From assembly GCA_965248205.1 (NCBI GenBank), contig CBDFIS010000006.1:258492-322491 (forward strand): a DNA stretch of 64,000 bases, given 5' to 3'. Source of the stretch: Bryobacterales bacterium. Lineage in GTDB: Bacteria; Acidobacteriota; Terriglobia; Bryobacterales; UBA6623. The position numbers and the translations under genes are program-made. Shown here piece by piece: positions 1-10,830 of the stretch (positions are counted from its first letter, which is position 1; the number at the start of each line of letters is the position of its first letter). The notes below the pieces were generated by a model. That model ran no database searches, was not told where the DNA came from, and was given only the letters and a program-made list of their open reading frames with translations.

Positions 1-2
1 AC

Positions 3-1124
3 GACGAGCAAGTCCGCTGGCCGTGCCGCCAATGCAGCGCCGTGTGCGCACTCCACGATCATCAGCCCGAACGCCGCTGGCGTCACCTCGACACCTGTCA
101 GTACCGCACGATCCTGCACGCCCGGCCGCCGCGCAGCGACTGCTCCGAGCACGGGCCGCGCGTCGTGCGACTGCCCTGGGCCGAGGCTTCCAGCCGCTTC
201 ACCGCGCTGTTTGAAGCTCTCGCGATCTCGTGGCTGAAGGAAGCCAGCCAGCAAGGCATCGCCGAGTTGCTGGCGCTGAGCTGGGACGAGATTCACGGCA
301 TCCTGGAACGCGGCGTGCAACGTGGGCTCGAACGTCGCGCGGCAGAGCCGATTCCCTACCTGGGCGTCGACGAGAAGAGCTTCCGCAAGCGCCATCGCTA
401 TCTCACCGTCGTCAACGATCTCAACTGCTCGCGCGTGTTGTTCGTCGCCGAGGGACGCCGCCAGGCCAGCCTGGACGGCTTTTGGAAGACGTTGAGCGCA
501 GAGCAACTCGCCCGAGTCGAGGCCGTCGCTATGGACATGTGGGATCCTTATGTCGCCTCGACCCGGGAGCATCTCGACGAATCGGAGAAAAAGATCGTTT
601 ACGACAAATATCACATCGCGGCGCATCTGGCGAAGGCGGTGGACCAGGTGCGGCGGGCGGAGAACAAGCGTTTATTGGCTCTCGGCGACGAGCGTTTGAC
701 AGGCACGAAGTACGCTTGGCTGCGGCATCCAGCGAACTTTTCCGAGGACGCCTGGCGCGAGTTCCGCGCGCTGCGCGAAAGCGACTTGAAGACGGCGCGG
801 GCGTGGGCGTTGAAGGAAACGGCGATGCGGCTGTTCGACTATCGTCGCGAATCGGCGGCGCGAGCTTTCTTCGAGCAATGGCGCGGCTGGGCGAGTCGCA
901 GCCGGCTGACGCCGATGGTCACCGTAGCGCGGATGTTGACGGCTCGCCTCGAAAACATACTCACGTATCTGAAACACCGCATTACGAACGCGGTCAGCGA
1001 GGGGTTGAACTCAAGGATTCAATGGGTCAAGGCCACGGCGCGCGGTTTCCGCAATCAACAGAACTTCATCAACGCCATCTACTTCCACTGTGGGAAACTC
1101 GATCTGGCTCCTTCGCCCACTTAA
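3..1124 (+). CDS. ISL3 family transposase, 5'-truncated by the window edge
   Basis: The open frame continues to base 3 (..CRQCSAVCALHDHQPERRWRHLD..), which is the zinc-finger region typical of ISL3/IS204/IS1001-type transposases. It is followed by a DDE domain with PWAEASSRFTALFE, YLGVDEKSFRKRHRYLTVV and ITNAVSEGLNSRIQ motifs. Confidence 0.9.
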   Translation, partial: DEQVRWPCRQCSAVCALHDHQPERRWRHLDTCQYRTILHARPPRSDCSEHGPRVVRLPWAEASSRFTALFEALAISWLKEASQQGIAELLALSWDEIHGILERGVQRGLERRAAEPIPYLGVDEKSFRKRHRYLTVVNDLNCSRVLFVAEGRRQASLDGFWKTLSAEQLARVEAVAMDMWDPYVASTREHLDESEKKIVYDKYHIAAHLAKAVDQVRRAENKRLLALGDERLTGTKYAWLRHPANFSEDAWREFRALRESDLKTARAWALKETAMRLFDYRRESAARAFFEQWRGWASRSRLTPMVTVARMLTARLENILTYLKHRITNAVSEGLNSRIQWVKATARGFRNQQNFINAIYFHCGKLDLAPSPT

Positions 1125-1127
1125 AGG

Positions 1128-2794
1128 CGCATTTCCAATTTGATTTCGGCATCCCGACCTTGCAGCGGCCTTCAGCGTCTTTATTTATAGGGGTTCAAGC
1201 CCTGTCAGGACGCACGGAGGCCAACACCCAATGGGTGAAAAAGAAAACAAGCCGTTTCAGCTCACCTTCAACGGATTTCTGAAAGTCGATTTCCAAGGAT
1301 CGCGCGTCACCTCGGATGGTGGCCTGATTCTCATTCGGGAACTGGACGAGCGGCTCGGACTGGGCAAGCTGATCGACGAGCATCTGACGGATTCGCGGCA
1401 AGGCACAAACAAGAAGTTCCCACTGGCCGACCTGGTGCGGCAATCGGTCTACAGCCGCCTCGCCGGCTACGAGGATCTCAACGATGCTGCCCGTGTCTCG
1501 GCTGACCCGACTTTTCGTCTGATCGGCTCGAAGAAGAACTGGGATCGCGGCGGGGCGCTTACGTCGCGTCTACAAAGCTTTGAGGCAGAGCTGCTGGCCA
1601 GTGAAGAGAACCTGCTTGGGCTGATGGCGGTGAACCGCGAGTTGGTCGCTCAAGCCCAAGCGCAGGACGAGTCCGAGCGTGTCGTGCTCGATATGGACTC
1701 CACGGAAAGCCCGGTCCACGGTCAGCAGGAAGGCAGCGCTTACAACGGCCATTTCGAGTCCACCTGCTACCACCCGCTGTTGCTGTTCAACCAGCACGGT
1801 GATTGTCTGGCGGCGAAGCTGCGAGCGGGTAACGTGTCCAGCGCCGAGGACTGGGACGAACTGCTGCTGCCCGAGATCGAGCGCCAACAGGGAGAAGGCA
1901 AGCAAGTGACGTTCCGCGCCGACGCCGCCTTCGCCAAGCCGGAGATCTACGAGGCGTTGGAGGATCGCGGAGTGGACTACGTCATTCGCATCCCAGCAAA
2001 CAAGAACCTGGAGTTGGAGATCGAAGAGATTCTGTTCCGTCCGCCGGGCAGGCCGAGCCTGAAGCCACTAGTGCGCTACAAGAGCTTCCGCTATCAGGCC
2101 GCGAGTTGGTCGAAGCCTCGGCGGGTTGTGGCCAAGGTTGAGCACCACCAAGGCGAGTTGTTTCCTCGCGTCGGGTTCATCGTCACGAGCATGAGCTTGC
2201 CCAGTCGGTCGCTGGTGCGCTTCTACAACAAGCGCGGCACGGCCGAGCAATGGATCAAGGAAGGCAAGCAGGCAACCCACTGGACACGGCTGTCCTGTCA
2301 TCGTTTCCGGGCAAACGAGGTGCGTTTGCAGTTGAGCGTGTTGGCCTACAACCTGGGGAACCTGTGGCGGCGGCTGGGGCTGGCGCAGAGGATCAAGAAC
2401 TGGTCGCTGACGAGCTTGCAGCATCGGTTGATGAAAACCGGAGGGCGGCTGGTCAAGCATGCCCGCTATTACTGGCTGCTGTTGGCCGAGGGGCATCTCA
2501 ACCGCAAGCTGTTCGCTGAGATGCTGGGGCGGATCTGGGCGCTGCCTGTGCCAGGCGGGTAACGGGCGACGGCTGCGACGGAGAAGAGACGCTGGGTTGC
2601 TGAAGAGGGAACTACTCGGAGCCGTGTCGGCGAAAAGCCCTCCAGCGAGCTGGAACGCGGCGATCGAGCGGCATTCAGCGACCCAAACGGGAGCGAACGG
2701 AGCATCGATCGTGAGAGGAAGACGAAGACCTTGCACCCGAGCCGCGGATCGGAGTATCCTGACCATCGCGGGATGGCCAAAACGGAAATTCCAG
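1128..2794 (+). mobile_element. IS1380-family insertion sequence, copy 1 (1667 bp)
   Basis: Matches 18505-20171 at a constant offset of 17377 bp. The only difference I found by eye is 1281 G versus 18658 C. Imperfect terminal inverted repeats: CGCATTTCCAATTTGATTTCGGCATCCC at the left, and CTGGAATTTCCGTTTTGGCCATCCC as the reverse complement of the right end. Flanked by TTAAA at 1121-1125 and 2795-2799. The exact boundary is uncertain by 1-2 nt. Confidence 0.9.
1231..2562 (+). CDS. IS1380 family transposase (DDE)
   Basis: 443-aa ORF. The N-terminus, ..FQGSRVTSDGGLILIRELDERLGLGKL.., is typical of IS1380-family transposases. An identical protein is encoded at 18608-19939. Confidence 0.9.
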   Translation: MGEKENKPFQLTFNGFLKVDFQGSRVTSDGGLILIRELDERLGLGKLIDEHLTDSRQGTNKKFPLADLVRQSVYSRLAGYEDLNDAARVSADPTFRLIGSKKNWDRGGALTSRLQSFEAELLASEENLLGLMAVNRELVAQAQAQDESERVVLDMDSTESPVHGQQEGSAYNGHFESTCYHPLLLFNQHGDCLAAKLRAGNVSSAEDWDELLLPEIERQQGEGKQVTFRADAAFAKPEIYEALEDRGVDYVIRIPANKNLELEIEEILFRPPGRPSLKPLVRYKSFRYQAASWSKPRRVVAKVEHHQGELFPRVGFIVTSMSLPSRSLVRFYNKRGTAEQWIKEGKQATHWTRLSCHRFRANEVRLQLSVLAYNLGNLWRRLGLAQRIKNWSLTSLQHRLMKTGGRLVKHARYYWLLLAEGHLNRKLFAEMLGRIWALPVPGG

Positions 2795-3056
2795 TTAAAA
2801 CCCGGAAGAGCCCAAGAAAGGAAAACCTAGAAACTCTCGTGGACGACATGCCCGGAGCAAGAGGGCCTAATAGAGCGGCCCTCAAACTGAGACACGACCG
2901 GGGCGATGAGTGGGCGAACTCAGGCTCGCGTACGCATGAATTGCGCCCGGGCGTCGACAACCGTGTCGACGCGGCAGACGTAGGCGTCTGCGCCACAACC
3001 TGAAACACCGAAGCCCAACGTTTGAGTTTCGAGCGTCAAACAGCAATCCCCACGGG

Positions 3057-3842
3057 CTACCGCTCCTTGGGCTCATCCACCATTGGCACAAAGCGTACCG
3101 GCAGCACGTTCCGGCTGCGGGTTTTTCCGGCGGCGTCCTTGTCGATGACGATGAGGTCTTGGGACCAACTCGACGGCCCGACCGGCGCGACGAGGCGTCC
3201 GGGAGCGGCCAACTGATCGACGAGAGCTTGTGGGACCTCTTCCGGTGCGGCCGTGAGGATAATGCGGTCGAAGGGGGCGTTCGTAGGCCAGCCAAGGTAG
3301 CCGTTAGCGATCAGAACTTCGACGTTTCGATAACCGAGTTTGTCGAGACGCCCTCGTGCCTGCTCACCCAGGCTTTCAACGATCTCAATGCTGTAAACCT
3401 TTTTGGCCAACCGTGACAGTACGGCTGCTTGATAAGCCGAGCCAGTCCCGATCTCCAATACTTTGTGGTGGGGTTCGACGTCGAGCAGCTCGCTCATGAA
3501 GGCAACGATGTATGGCTGCGAAATAGTCTGTCCGGCGCCGATCGGCAGCGGGTGATCCTCATAAGCTTGGTGGATTAAGCTTTCGGGCACGAACAGATGT
3601 CGGGGTATGGTTTCCATCGCCTCGAGGACCTGGGCGTCTCTGACCCCGCGAGCGCGCATCTGGAGGCGTACCATCGCCTTGCGCTCGGTTTCGTAGGAGG
3701 TCGCCGGAACGTCGGAGGCGGACGCCGGCGGTTCGGACAACCCACTGCACCCACAAACAAGCGTGCCGGCGAGCGCGAACAAGCTGAGAAGGGTCGGGGA
3801 AGAGGCGTTGTGAGAAGCAAGGCTTTTTGAAGTGTCCGGCAT
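3057..3842 (-). CDS. pcm: Protein-L-isoaspartate O-methyltransferase with an N-terminal lipoprotein-like signal
   Basis: Motifs TISQPYIVAFM, VLEIGTGSAYQAAVL and DRIILTAA. The ORF is open to 3911, but the start at MPDTSK.. (3842) precedes a hydrophobic segment ending LVCGC. Confidence 0.85.
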   Translation of the reverse strand: MPDTSKSLASHNASSPTLLSLFALAGTLVCGCSGLSEPPASASDVPATSYETERKAMVRLQMRARGVRDAQVLEAMETIPRHLFVPESLIHQAYEDHPLPIGAGQTISQPYIVAFMSELLDVEPHHKVLEIGTGSAYQAAVLSRLAKKVYSIEIVESLGEQARGRLDKLGYRNVEVLIANGYLGWPTNAPFDRIILTAAPEEVPQALVDQLAAPGRLVAPVGPSSWSQDLIVIDKDAAGKTRSRNVLPVRFVPMVDEPKER

Positions 3843-3943
3843 CTCTTCCGAGAATGGCACGAACGCAGACCGAGGGCAAGATTCACGAGCGTCCCTGGTC
3901 GTCTCTCCCAAAGGGGTCAGAAACTCGATATCCTCAAAGACTT

Positions 3944-5326
3944 ATGTCCCAACCCCAACTCGAGCGGAAACTAGGTGTCGTCAGCGCCACGGCTCTGGTC
4001 GTCTCGAACATGATCGGCGTCGGTATTTTTACCACTACCGGCTACCTGGCAGGAGACCTAGGGTCCCCACAATTAGTGCTGGGAATCTGGTTAGTCGGAG
4101 CCGTGATTGCCTTGCTGGGAGCGCTTTGTTATTCGGAGTTGGGCATCAACTTCCCGCGTTCGGGGGGTGAATACGTCTACCTTTCCGAAGCGTGGGGGCC
4201 GGCCTGGGGGTTCATCAACGGCTGGGTGAGCTTCTTCGCGGGTTTTTCGGCCCCTATCGCGGCCAGCGCCTTGGCCATCTCCGCCTATCTTGCCTACTTC
4301 TATCCCAGCCTGGAGGCGGGGAACGCGGATGCGCTGGTGGTTCCACTTGGGTTCATTAGCCTGCAATTTGGCGGCGCTCAACTGACGGCGTGCGGCATTG
4401 TGATCGTCTTCACCTGTCTCAATGTGTTGGGTGTCTCGCAGATGGCGGCACTGCAAAACCTGCTGACAGCCACCAAGCTTCTCGTTCTGGGGTTGTTCTT
4501 AATACTCGGTTTTACGGTCGGGATGGGCGACTGGAGCAACTTCACTCTGTCGGCCGCACGCAGCTCGTCACACAGCGTGGGTGTTCAGTTCACTATCAGT
4601 TTGGTGTTTGTTTATATGGGGTATAGCGGCTGGAACGCGGCCATCTACGTGGCCGAGGAAATCCGAAACCCGAGACGGACGCTCCCCATTGCCCTAATCC
4701 TAGGTACGATTTTGGTAACGATTCTATATATCGTTCTGAACGGCCTTTACATTTTTGCCACTCCCCTAGAGAGCCTGAAGGGGGTTGTCGCGGTAGGGGC
4801 AAAGGCCTCAGCAACACTTTTCGGCCCTCGCACGGCGGGACTATTCAGCGCGGCCATGGCCGCCTCGCTGTTGGCCACGGTCAACGCCATGTGCATGATT
4901 GGCCCTCGCGTTTACTATGCGATGGCCCAAAAGGGAGCCTTCTTCGCAAGCGCGGCAAAGGTTCATCCTCGATGGAAGAGTCCCTGGGTTGCGGTGCTCT
5001 GTCAAGGTATATGTTGCTGCGTGTTAGTCCTAACGGGGACGTTTCAAAGCCTGATTTACTACATCGGGTTCACGCTGAATTTGTTTTCGGCTCTGTCAGT
5101 GCTGGCCCTTCTTAAGTTCCGTAAACGGCCTAACTGGCAGCGTACGCCGTGGGTCAGCTTCTCCTATCCACTGCTGCCTCTGTGCTACATCGCGGTCAAC
5201 GTTTGGATCTTTCTCAACTTCGCACCCGGGAAGGTTTCCGAGACGGCTTGGAGCCTGGCAACGATTCTGGGCGGGGCACTGATTTACCACTTTTTCTATC
5301 AAAAGAGGGGGACTGAGCGAGGCTAA
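3944..5326 (+). CDS. APC-superfamily amino acid permease
   Basis: Polytopic membrane protein. The N-terminus LGVVSATALVVSNMIGVGIFTTTGY and the motif YSELGINFPRSGGEYVYL are typical of amino acid/polyamine permeases. The ORF is open from 3827; the start at 3944 (MSQPQ) avoids overlap with the divergent pcm. Confidence 0.8.
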   Translation: MSQPQLERKLGVVSATALVVSNMIGVGIFTTTGYLAGDLGSPQLVLGIWLVGAVIALLGALCYSELGINFPRSGGEYVYLSEAWGPAWGFINGWVSFFAGFSAPIAASALAISAYLAYFYPSLEAGNADALVVPLGFISLQFGGAQLTACGIVIVFTCLNVLGVSQMAALQNLLTATKLLVLGLFLILGFTVGMGDWSNFTLSAARSSSHSVGVQFTISLVFVYMGYSGWNAAIYVAEEIRNPRRTLPIALILGTILVTILYIVLNGLYIFATPLESLKGVVAVGAKASATLFGPRTAGLFSAAMAASLLATVNAMCMIGPRVYYAMAQKGAFFASAAKVHPRWKSPWVAVLCQGICCCVLVLTGTFQSLIYYIGFTLNLFSALSVLALLKFRKRPNWQRTPWVSFSYPLLPLCYIAVNVWIFLNFAPGKVSETAWSLATILGGALIYHFFYQKRGTERG

Positions 5327-5409
5327 CGCGGCAGATCACAAGTCTTCGGTGCCTGGGCGCACCCCGATAGTAGAATACGGAGGACGTGATCGCGCGTCGG
5401 AGTACGCTT

Positions 5410-5841
5410 ATGTCTAGCGGACCGACAAAGACCAAATCGACCGTAATCCCCGCGCTGCGGTACCGCGACGCACCCGCCGCCGTCGAGTGGCTTTGCAAGG
5501 CCTTCGGGTTCGAAAAGCACCTCGTTGTACCAGGCGAGCCTGGAACGATCGCTCACGCCCAGCTTTCGTTCGGCAACGGTATGATCATGCTGGGATCAAT
5601 TCGAGACAACGAATTCGGCAAGCTCATCCGGCAACCCGACGAGATCGCGGGCGCACAGACACAAACGCCTTATCTGATCGTCGACGACGCCGACGCGCAC
5701 TATGCGCAGGCGAAAGCGGCCGGCGCCGAAATCATCATCGAGATCAAAGACCAAGACCACGGCGGCCGTTTATACACCTGTCGCGATCCTGAAGGGCATA
5801 TCTGGAACTTCGGCAGCTACGACCCATGGGCCGGCGAGTGA
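5410..5841 (+). CDS. VOC (glyoxalase/bleomycin-resistance) family protein
   Basis: Small protein with a PALRYRDAPAAVEWLCKAFGF N-terminus and a GHIWNFGSYDPW C-terminus, typical of PhnB/glyoxalase-like VOC proteins. ATG 5410 has GGAG 7 nt upstream. The ORF is open from 5386. Confidence 0.7.
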   Translation: MSSGPTKTKSTVIPALRYRDAPAAVEWLCKAFGFEKHLVVPGEPGTIAHAQLSFGNGMIMLGSIRDNEFGKLIRQPDEIAGAQTQTPYLIVDDADAHYAQAKAAGAEIIIEIKDQDHGGRLYTCRDPEGHIWNFGSYDPWAGE

Positions 5842-6035
5842 CTGGGCCCGGTGTCGTCTTTCGGGCATCAAGCGGGCGAACCAATTAACCGCAAAAGCGT
5901 CCTTTTGAAGCAGCACTTAGCGAGTTGCCGCTGCGAATTGGCGGTGCGATCATGAGAGCATCACCCACTACGAAGGTCTGCCGAGAACGCAAGCCCTCCT
6001 TTTAGGGGGGCGCTTCCGTTCAACCCCGGGAAACG

Positions 6036-8762
6036 ATGAATAGCTTCGGCGCTCGAACGACGCTTACGGTTGCGGACCGAAGCTACGAAATCTTTCGCCT
6101 CGATGCTGTAAAAAGCCACGACGTCAGTGCGCTTCCCTATTCCTTAAAGATCTTGCTGGAGAATTTGCTTCGCAACGAAGACGGCGAAACGGTGACGGCC
6201 GTCGACATCGAAGCCTTGGCAAGCTGGGACCCGCAGGCGACGCCAAGCCAAGAGATCGCCTATCGCCCCGCGCGGGTGCTGATGCAGGATTTCACGGGCG
6301 TCCCCGCCCTCGTTGATCTGGCGGTCATGAGGGAGGCCATGAAGGCGCTCGGAGGCCGCCCTTCCCGAATCAATCCTCTACAACCGGCTGAGCTTGTCAT
6401 CGACCATTCGGTTCAAGTGGACCGCTTCGGCAGCGCGCAGGCGTTCCAACTGAACGGCGAGCTAGAGTATATACGCAACCGCGAGCGCTACGAGTTCCTG
6501 AAGTGGGGGCAGAAGGCTTTTCGCAACTTCAAAGTCGTTCCGCCTGAAACCGGCATCGTTCACCAGGTGAACTTGGAATACCTGGCGCGGGTGGTCTTCA
6601 GTAACGAGGAAAACGGCGCCGTCCAAGCGTTTCCCGATACGTTGGTGGGAACCGACTCGCACACAACGATGATCAACGGCCTCGGGGTTTTGGGCTGGGG
6701 CGTCGGCGGCATCGAAGCCGAAGCTGCGATGCTCGGCCAGCCGATCTCTATGCTGATTCCTCAGGTCGTGGGCTTTAGACTCAGCGGGCGATTGGCGGAA
6801 GGCGCCACCGCGACCGACCTCGTCCTCACCGTGACCCAGATGTTGCGCCAGAAAGGCGTCGTGGGCAAGTTCGTCGAGTTCTACGGCGACGGGCTCGCCG
6901 ATCTGCCGCTCGCCGACCGCGCGACGATAGCGAACATGGCCCCAGAATACGGCGCGACCTGTGGCATTTTTCCGATCGACGATGAAACGCTCGAATATCT
7001 TCGCCTGACCGGGCGTGACGAAGAGCAGATCGCATTGGTGGAAGCTTACGCGAAGGAGCAAGGCATGTTCCGCGCGCCGGACTCGCCTGACGCGACCTAC
7101 TCGGACACCCTCGAGCTGGATCTGACCGATGTCGAACCGAGCATAGCCGGGCCTCGCCGCCCCCAAGACCGGGTGCCACTGAGGGAGGCGAAAGAGTCGT
7201 TCGAATCCGCTCTTGCCGGCATGCTCTCTGAGCGAAAAACGGCTCCGGCCGGCTCGGGAGCCGCGTCGGGAGGCTCAGCAGCCTCGGTGGCAGTGGAAAC
7301 CGCCCCGGCCGCCGTGAAAGTTGAGCACGCCGGAGAGGCCTACGAGCTTCGCCACGGCTCGGTAGTCATCGCCGCGATCACGAGCTGCACCAATACGTCG
7401 AACCCAGCCGTCATGGTGGCTGCCGGACTGGTTGCCAAAAAGGCGGTAGAGCGCGGCCTGCAGGCCAAGCCCTGGGTCAAGACGAGTCTGGCGCCCGGCT
7501 CGAAGGTAGTCACCGAGTATCTGAACCAATCGGGTTTGACGGAATACCTCGATATGATCGGGTTCCACTTGGTCGGCTACGGGTGTACGACCTGTATTGG
7601 CAACTCGGGTCCGCTGCCGGAGGCGATTTCTGAAGCCGTACTAGAAGGGGACCTAGCCGTCGCTTCGGTGCTCTCGGGGAACCGCAACTTCGAGGGGCGG
7701 GTTCACTCGGAAGTACGAATGAACTACCTTGCCTCTCCGCCTCTCGTCGTGGCCTACGCGCTGACGGGGCGCATGGACATCGACCTGATCGAAGATCCTC
7801 TGGGCGCCGATCTCGATGGACATGACGTGTATCTGCGCGATCTCTGGCCCAGCCAGAAGGAAGTTCAACAAGTCGTTCGTTCGGCCGTCCGCTCGGAGCT
7901 ATTCAGGAAAACATACAGCCAGGTATTCGCCGGCGACAAGAATTGGAACTCGCTCGACGCTCCAGCAGACGTCTTGTTTGATTGGAACGGCAGCTCGACC
8001 TACGTGCGCCGTCCGCCCTATTTTGTCGATACAGGTCCTGAGCCGGAGCCGGTCACCGACATTGCCAGCGCTCGGGTCCTGGCGCTATTGGGCGATAGCG
8101 TCACGACCGACCACATCTCACCGGCCGGAGCGATCAAACCCGACAGTCCGGCGGGGAAGTACTTGATCGAGAACGGCATCAAGCCGGCGGAATTCAACTC
8201 CTATGGCTCTCGACGGGGAAACCATGAGGTGATGATGCGCGGGACGTTCGCCAACGTACGCCTGCGAAACCGCCTGGCTCCCGGAACGGAGGGCGGTTGG
8301 ACACAGCATCTTCCCGACGGCGAACAGATGACAATTTACGACGCTGCGATGAAGTATCAGGCCGAGGCGGTGCCGTTGATTGTGCTGGCCGGCAAGGAGT
8401 ACGGGGCCGGATCGTCACGCGACTGGGCGGCCAAAGGCCCCCGCTTGCTGGGGGTGCGTGCCGCGATCGCTGAAACCTATGAGCGCATTCACCGTTCGAA
8501 TCTCGTCGGCATGGGGGTCCTGCCGCTGCAATTCAAGCCGGGCGACGGTGTCGAGTCCCTCGGGCTGACCGGACGCGAACTCTATGACATCCAGGGCCTG
8601 GGCGACGGTTCGGCCAAAGAAGTGACGGTCACAGCAACCCCCGAGCGCGGCAAACCGATTACCTTCCAAGCCGTGGTTCGCATTGACACCCCCCAGGAAG
8701 TGCTCTATTACCAGCACGGCGGGATCTTGCAGTATGTGTTACGGCAGATGGTGAAGGGGTAG
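6036..8762 (+). CDS. acnA: Aconitate hydratase A
   Basis: 908 aa. Fe-S ligand and active-site motifs are [18 protein letters not shown] and [12 protein letters not shown], with a C-terminal swivel domain. Confidence 0.95.
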   Translation: MNSFGARTTLTVADRSYEIFRLDAVKSHDVSALPYSLKILLENLLRNEDGETVTAVDIEALASWDPQATPSQEIAYRPARVLMQDFTGVPALVDLAVMREAMKALGGRPSRINPLQPAELVIDHSVQVDRFGSAQAFQLNGELEYIRNRERYEFLKWGQKAFRNFKVVPPETGIVHQVNLEYLARVVFSNEENGAVQAFPDTLVGTDSHTTMINGLGVLGWGVGGIEAEAAMLGQPISMLIPQVVGFRLSGRLAEGATATDLVLTVTQMLRQKGVVGKFVEFYGDGLADLPLADRATIANMAPEYGATCGIFPIDDETLEYLRLTGRDEEQIALVEAYAKEQGMFRAPDSPDATYSDTLELDLTDVEPSIAGPRRPQDRVPLREAKESFESALAGMLSERKTAPAGSGAASGGSAASVAVETAPAAVKVEHAGEAYELRHGSVVIAAITSCTNTSNPAVMVAAGLVAKKAVERGLQAKPWVKTSLAPGSKVVTEYLNQSGLTEYLDMIGFHLVGYGCTTCIGNSGPLPEAISEAVLEGDLAVASVLSGNRNFEGRVHSEVRMNYLASPPLVVAYALTGRMDIDLIEDPLGADLDGHDVYLRDLWPSQKEVQQVVRSAVRSELFRKTYSQVFAGDKNWNSLDAPADVLFDWNGSSTYVRRPPYFVDTGPEPEPVTDIASARVLALLGDSVTTDHISPAGAIKPDSPAGKYLIENGIKPAEFNSYGSRRGNHEVMMRGTFANVRLRNRLAPGTEGGWTQHLPDGEQMTIYDAAMKYQAEAVPLIVLAGKEYGAGSSRDWAAKGPRLLGVRAAIAETYERIHRSNLVGMGVLPLQFKPGDGVESLGLTGRELYDIQGLGDGSAKEVTVTATPERGKPITFQAVVRIDTPQEVLYYQHGGILQYVLRQMVKG

Positions 8763-8790
8763 AGCCGACCGGCTTGAGTCAGGGCCGCGC

Positions 8791-8831
8791 GCGGCTCCGC
8801 AACAACCGATTTCCGTCTGCCGGAGCCGCGA
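8791..8831. terminator. Long hairpin between the convergent acnA and hydrolase genes, possibly a bidirectional terminator
   Basis: A perfect 10-bp stem, CGCGGCTCCG (8791-8800) / CGGAGCCGCG (8822-8831), with a 21-nt loop. There is no clear U-tract. Confidence 0.3.
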
Positions 8832-8853
8832 GCGTATCTGCATCGACAAACAA

Positions 8854-10656
8854 CTAACCTCCCGTTTGGGTGTGCTCTTTAATCCAATCGCCGATCGTTT
8901 CAAGTGCCACGGGCGCCATCGTTTCGTCGATCTTGGAGTACTCCGCCGGCAGGCCGGTTTTGCTGGTCTGGAGCAGATGGTTTAACTCAGGTAGCTCCAC
9001 CAACTTGTAGTCTTTATTCCCCGCAGCTTTGAGCGCTTCCTCGATCGCCGGCATGTTTTCGGCCGGCGGTACCTGGAGGTCACGCTCACCCGTTACGACG
9101 AGCACCGGGCATTTGACCTTACGCAGCATGGGGACGGGATCGAGGGTCAGGAAATGGCGAAACCACGGCGTCAGCAGCATTTTCGACTGGGCTTTGAGCG
9201 CCGCTTCCCCGGGGTAGCCGCGCGCCTGCTTCTCCTGTTCTGTCAGTCCGGAGAAGCGCTCTTGCTGGATCTCCAGGAGCTTCTCCGAAGCCGTGTCGTT
9301 GTTCTTTTCCGCTTTCACCACGGTGAACAGCCGCTCCTGCAAAGCGCGATTCTGCTCGATCGGATCTTTCCCCATCCCCATCGCCCGCATCATAGCCGCT
9401 GACTGCAAGTAAAGCAGTTCTTCCCCAACGAGTCCGGGAGCAGCCACGAGAACGATGAACGCCACATCTTGAGACATCGCCGCGGCCAGCGGGGCGACGA
9501 TCGCACCTTCGCTGTGCCCCAAGATTCCGATCCGAGCGGAGTCGATTTCTTCGCGACCCTTCAGGAATTTCACGGCGGCTAGAGCGTCGGTTGCGAAGTC
9601 TTCCGAGGTGGACCCAAGAACGCTGCCTGTCGAGCCGCCGACGCCGCGATCGTCTACCCGCAGCACGCCAATGCCCCGGCGGGTGAGGTAGTCCGCTAGA
9701 ACCAGAAAGGGCCGATGACCCATTAGCGTCTCATTGCGATCCTGCGGACCTGACCCCGACACAAGCAGCACCGCCGGCACAGGCCGTTCTGACCTGGGCA
9801 GAGTCAAGGTTCCGGCGAACTTCACCACGGCTGTGTCGTTCATGAACGCGACTTCGATTTCGTCATAGGGATAAGGCTTCTTCGGATCCTGGGGACGAGC
9901 AATATCAGGGACTCTCTCCTGACGTTTGATAACCAGGGGCAATGCGGCGCTCCCCTGTCTCCACTCGCCGGTGATCTCGGAACCGTCTTCGCTCATCGTG
10001 CCGTCGAACTCGGCCACGGGCTGTTTTAGCTTGAGCAGAACCGAATTGCCGTCGACCCGGATCTTGCTGATCTTCAAACCCTCCGCACCTTGATCGATGC
10101 TGTCTACCGTTCCGGTGAGAGTGCCGTCTTCCGATTTCGAAATCTTGAAGAGCAGCCGCAACGTGATAGGGCCGGGGTTGAGTGCACCAAGCCAAATGCC
10201 TTCCAGACCTTCGCCAGGAACACCATCAGGGATAGCGGCCGTAGCCTGCTCAGCGGGCACGTCTGGGCTTTCGCCGCTGCGCTTCAGCATGAAAGAAAGA
10301 TAGGCGCTTCCCTGGCTGAAATCACCGGCGATGTTCTCCCCTTTCTTCGACAACTTGCCTTTGAAAAATGGGTTGCCCGGGACGCCTTGCATCGAGAACG
10401 AAACTCGCCGCCCGTCAACCTTCACCTTCGACAGGGGGAAATCCTTCAACCCCTGGGCGGGAATGTCGATTTCGCCCCGCCATTCGTCCTCACCCCCGTG
10501 AACCAGATCAACGATAACCTCCAGGGCCTGGCCGGGTGTCCTAATTTGTCCCTTCCAGCGCCCTTCGGGGCTCGCCTCCTCTTGAGCCGCGGCCAACCCC
10601 GTGCTTAGGAGGCCACACATCAGAAGTACCGTTGCAGGGGTGAGAAAGTTCTTCAT
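8854..10656 (-). CDS. Secreted alpha/beta hydrolase (S9/dienelactone-hydrolase-like) with a duplicated N-terminal beta-rich module
   Basis: Signal peptide MKNFLTPATVLLMCGLLSTGLAAAQ with GGAGA 8 nt upstream of ATG 10656. Nucleophile elbow GHSEG. Two related roughly 100-aa N-terminal repeats (GRWKGQI...MLKR and GIWLGAL...VIKR). Confidence 0.8.
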   Translation of the reverse strand: MKNFLTPATVLLMCGLLSTGLAAAQEEASPEGRWKGQIRTPGQALEVIVDLVHGGEDEWRGEIDIPAQGLKDFPLSKVKVDGRRVSFSMQGVPGNPFFKGKLSKKGENIAGDFSQGSAYLSFMLKRSGESPDVPAEQATAAIPDGVPGEGLEGIWLGALNPGPITLRLLFKISKSEDGTLTGTVDSIDQGAEGLKISKIRVDGNSVLLKLKQPVAEFDGTMSEDGSEITGEWRQGSAALPLVIKRQERVPDIARPQDPKKPYPYDEIEVAFMNDTAVVKFAGTLTLPRSERPVPAVLLVSGSGPQDRNETLMGHRPFLVLADYLTRRGIGVLRVDDRGVGGSTGSVLGSTSEDFATDALAAVKFLKGREEIDSARIGILGHSEGAIVAPLAAAMSQDVAFIVLVAAPGLVGEELLYLQSAAMMRAMGMGKDPIEQNRALQERLFTVVKAEKNNDTASEKLLEIQQERFSGLTEQEKQARGYPGEAALKAQSKMLLTPWFRHFLTLDPVPMLRKVKCPVLVVTGERDLQVPPAENMPAIEEALKAAGNKDYKLVELPELNHLLQTSKTGLPAEYSKIDETMAPVALETIGDWIKEHTQTGG

Positions 10657-10830
10657 ACCCATCTCCTCGAGTTCGGTTCTCATCACCTTGCTTCTGCTCT
10701 ATAATACGCACGACTCGGCGATTCCATTGCCGGAAACCGTAGCGAAGTCTGACGTGGAGGCCGAGAGAGATCGCAAAACTCCTGGCATGTCGCTCAGCGT
10801 GACCGAGTCTTTCACCTTTCTCGGGAGCAG

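Larger units (their letters stand above)
1..2813 (+). mobile_element. ISL3-family insertion sequence, right-hand part only. Its left end lies upstream of the window, and it is interrupted by an IS1380-family insertion.
   Basis: The transposase ORF runs off the 5' edge. With the 1667-bp IS1380 copy removed, the sequence after the TAA stop reads TTAAAACCCGGAAGAGCC (2795-2812). Its reverse complement, GGCTCTTCCGGGTTTTAA, resembles the GGCTCTTC-type terminal inverted repeat of ISL3 elements. Confidence 0.6.

Noticed and set aside
230-1282. Long alternative-frame and antisense ORFs inside real genes. Examples are 230-1282, 2068-2766, 6462-7166, 13569-14225, 45987-46808, 53950-54846 and 59031-59795.
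   Set aside because: These are typical shadow ORFs of GC-rich DNA. They are Arg/Pro/Gly-rich and lack motifs. Each fully overlaps a gene with clear family signatures.
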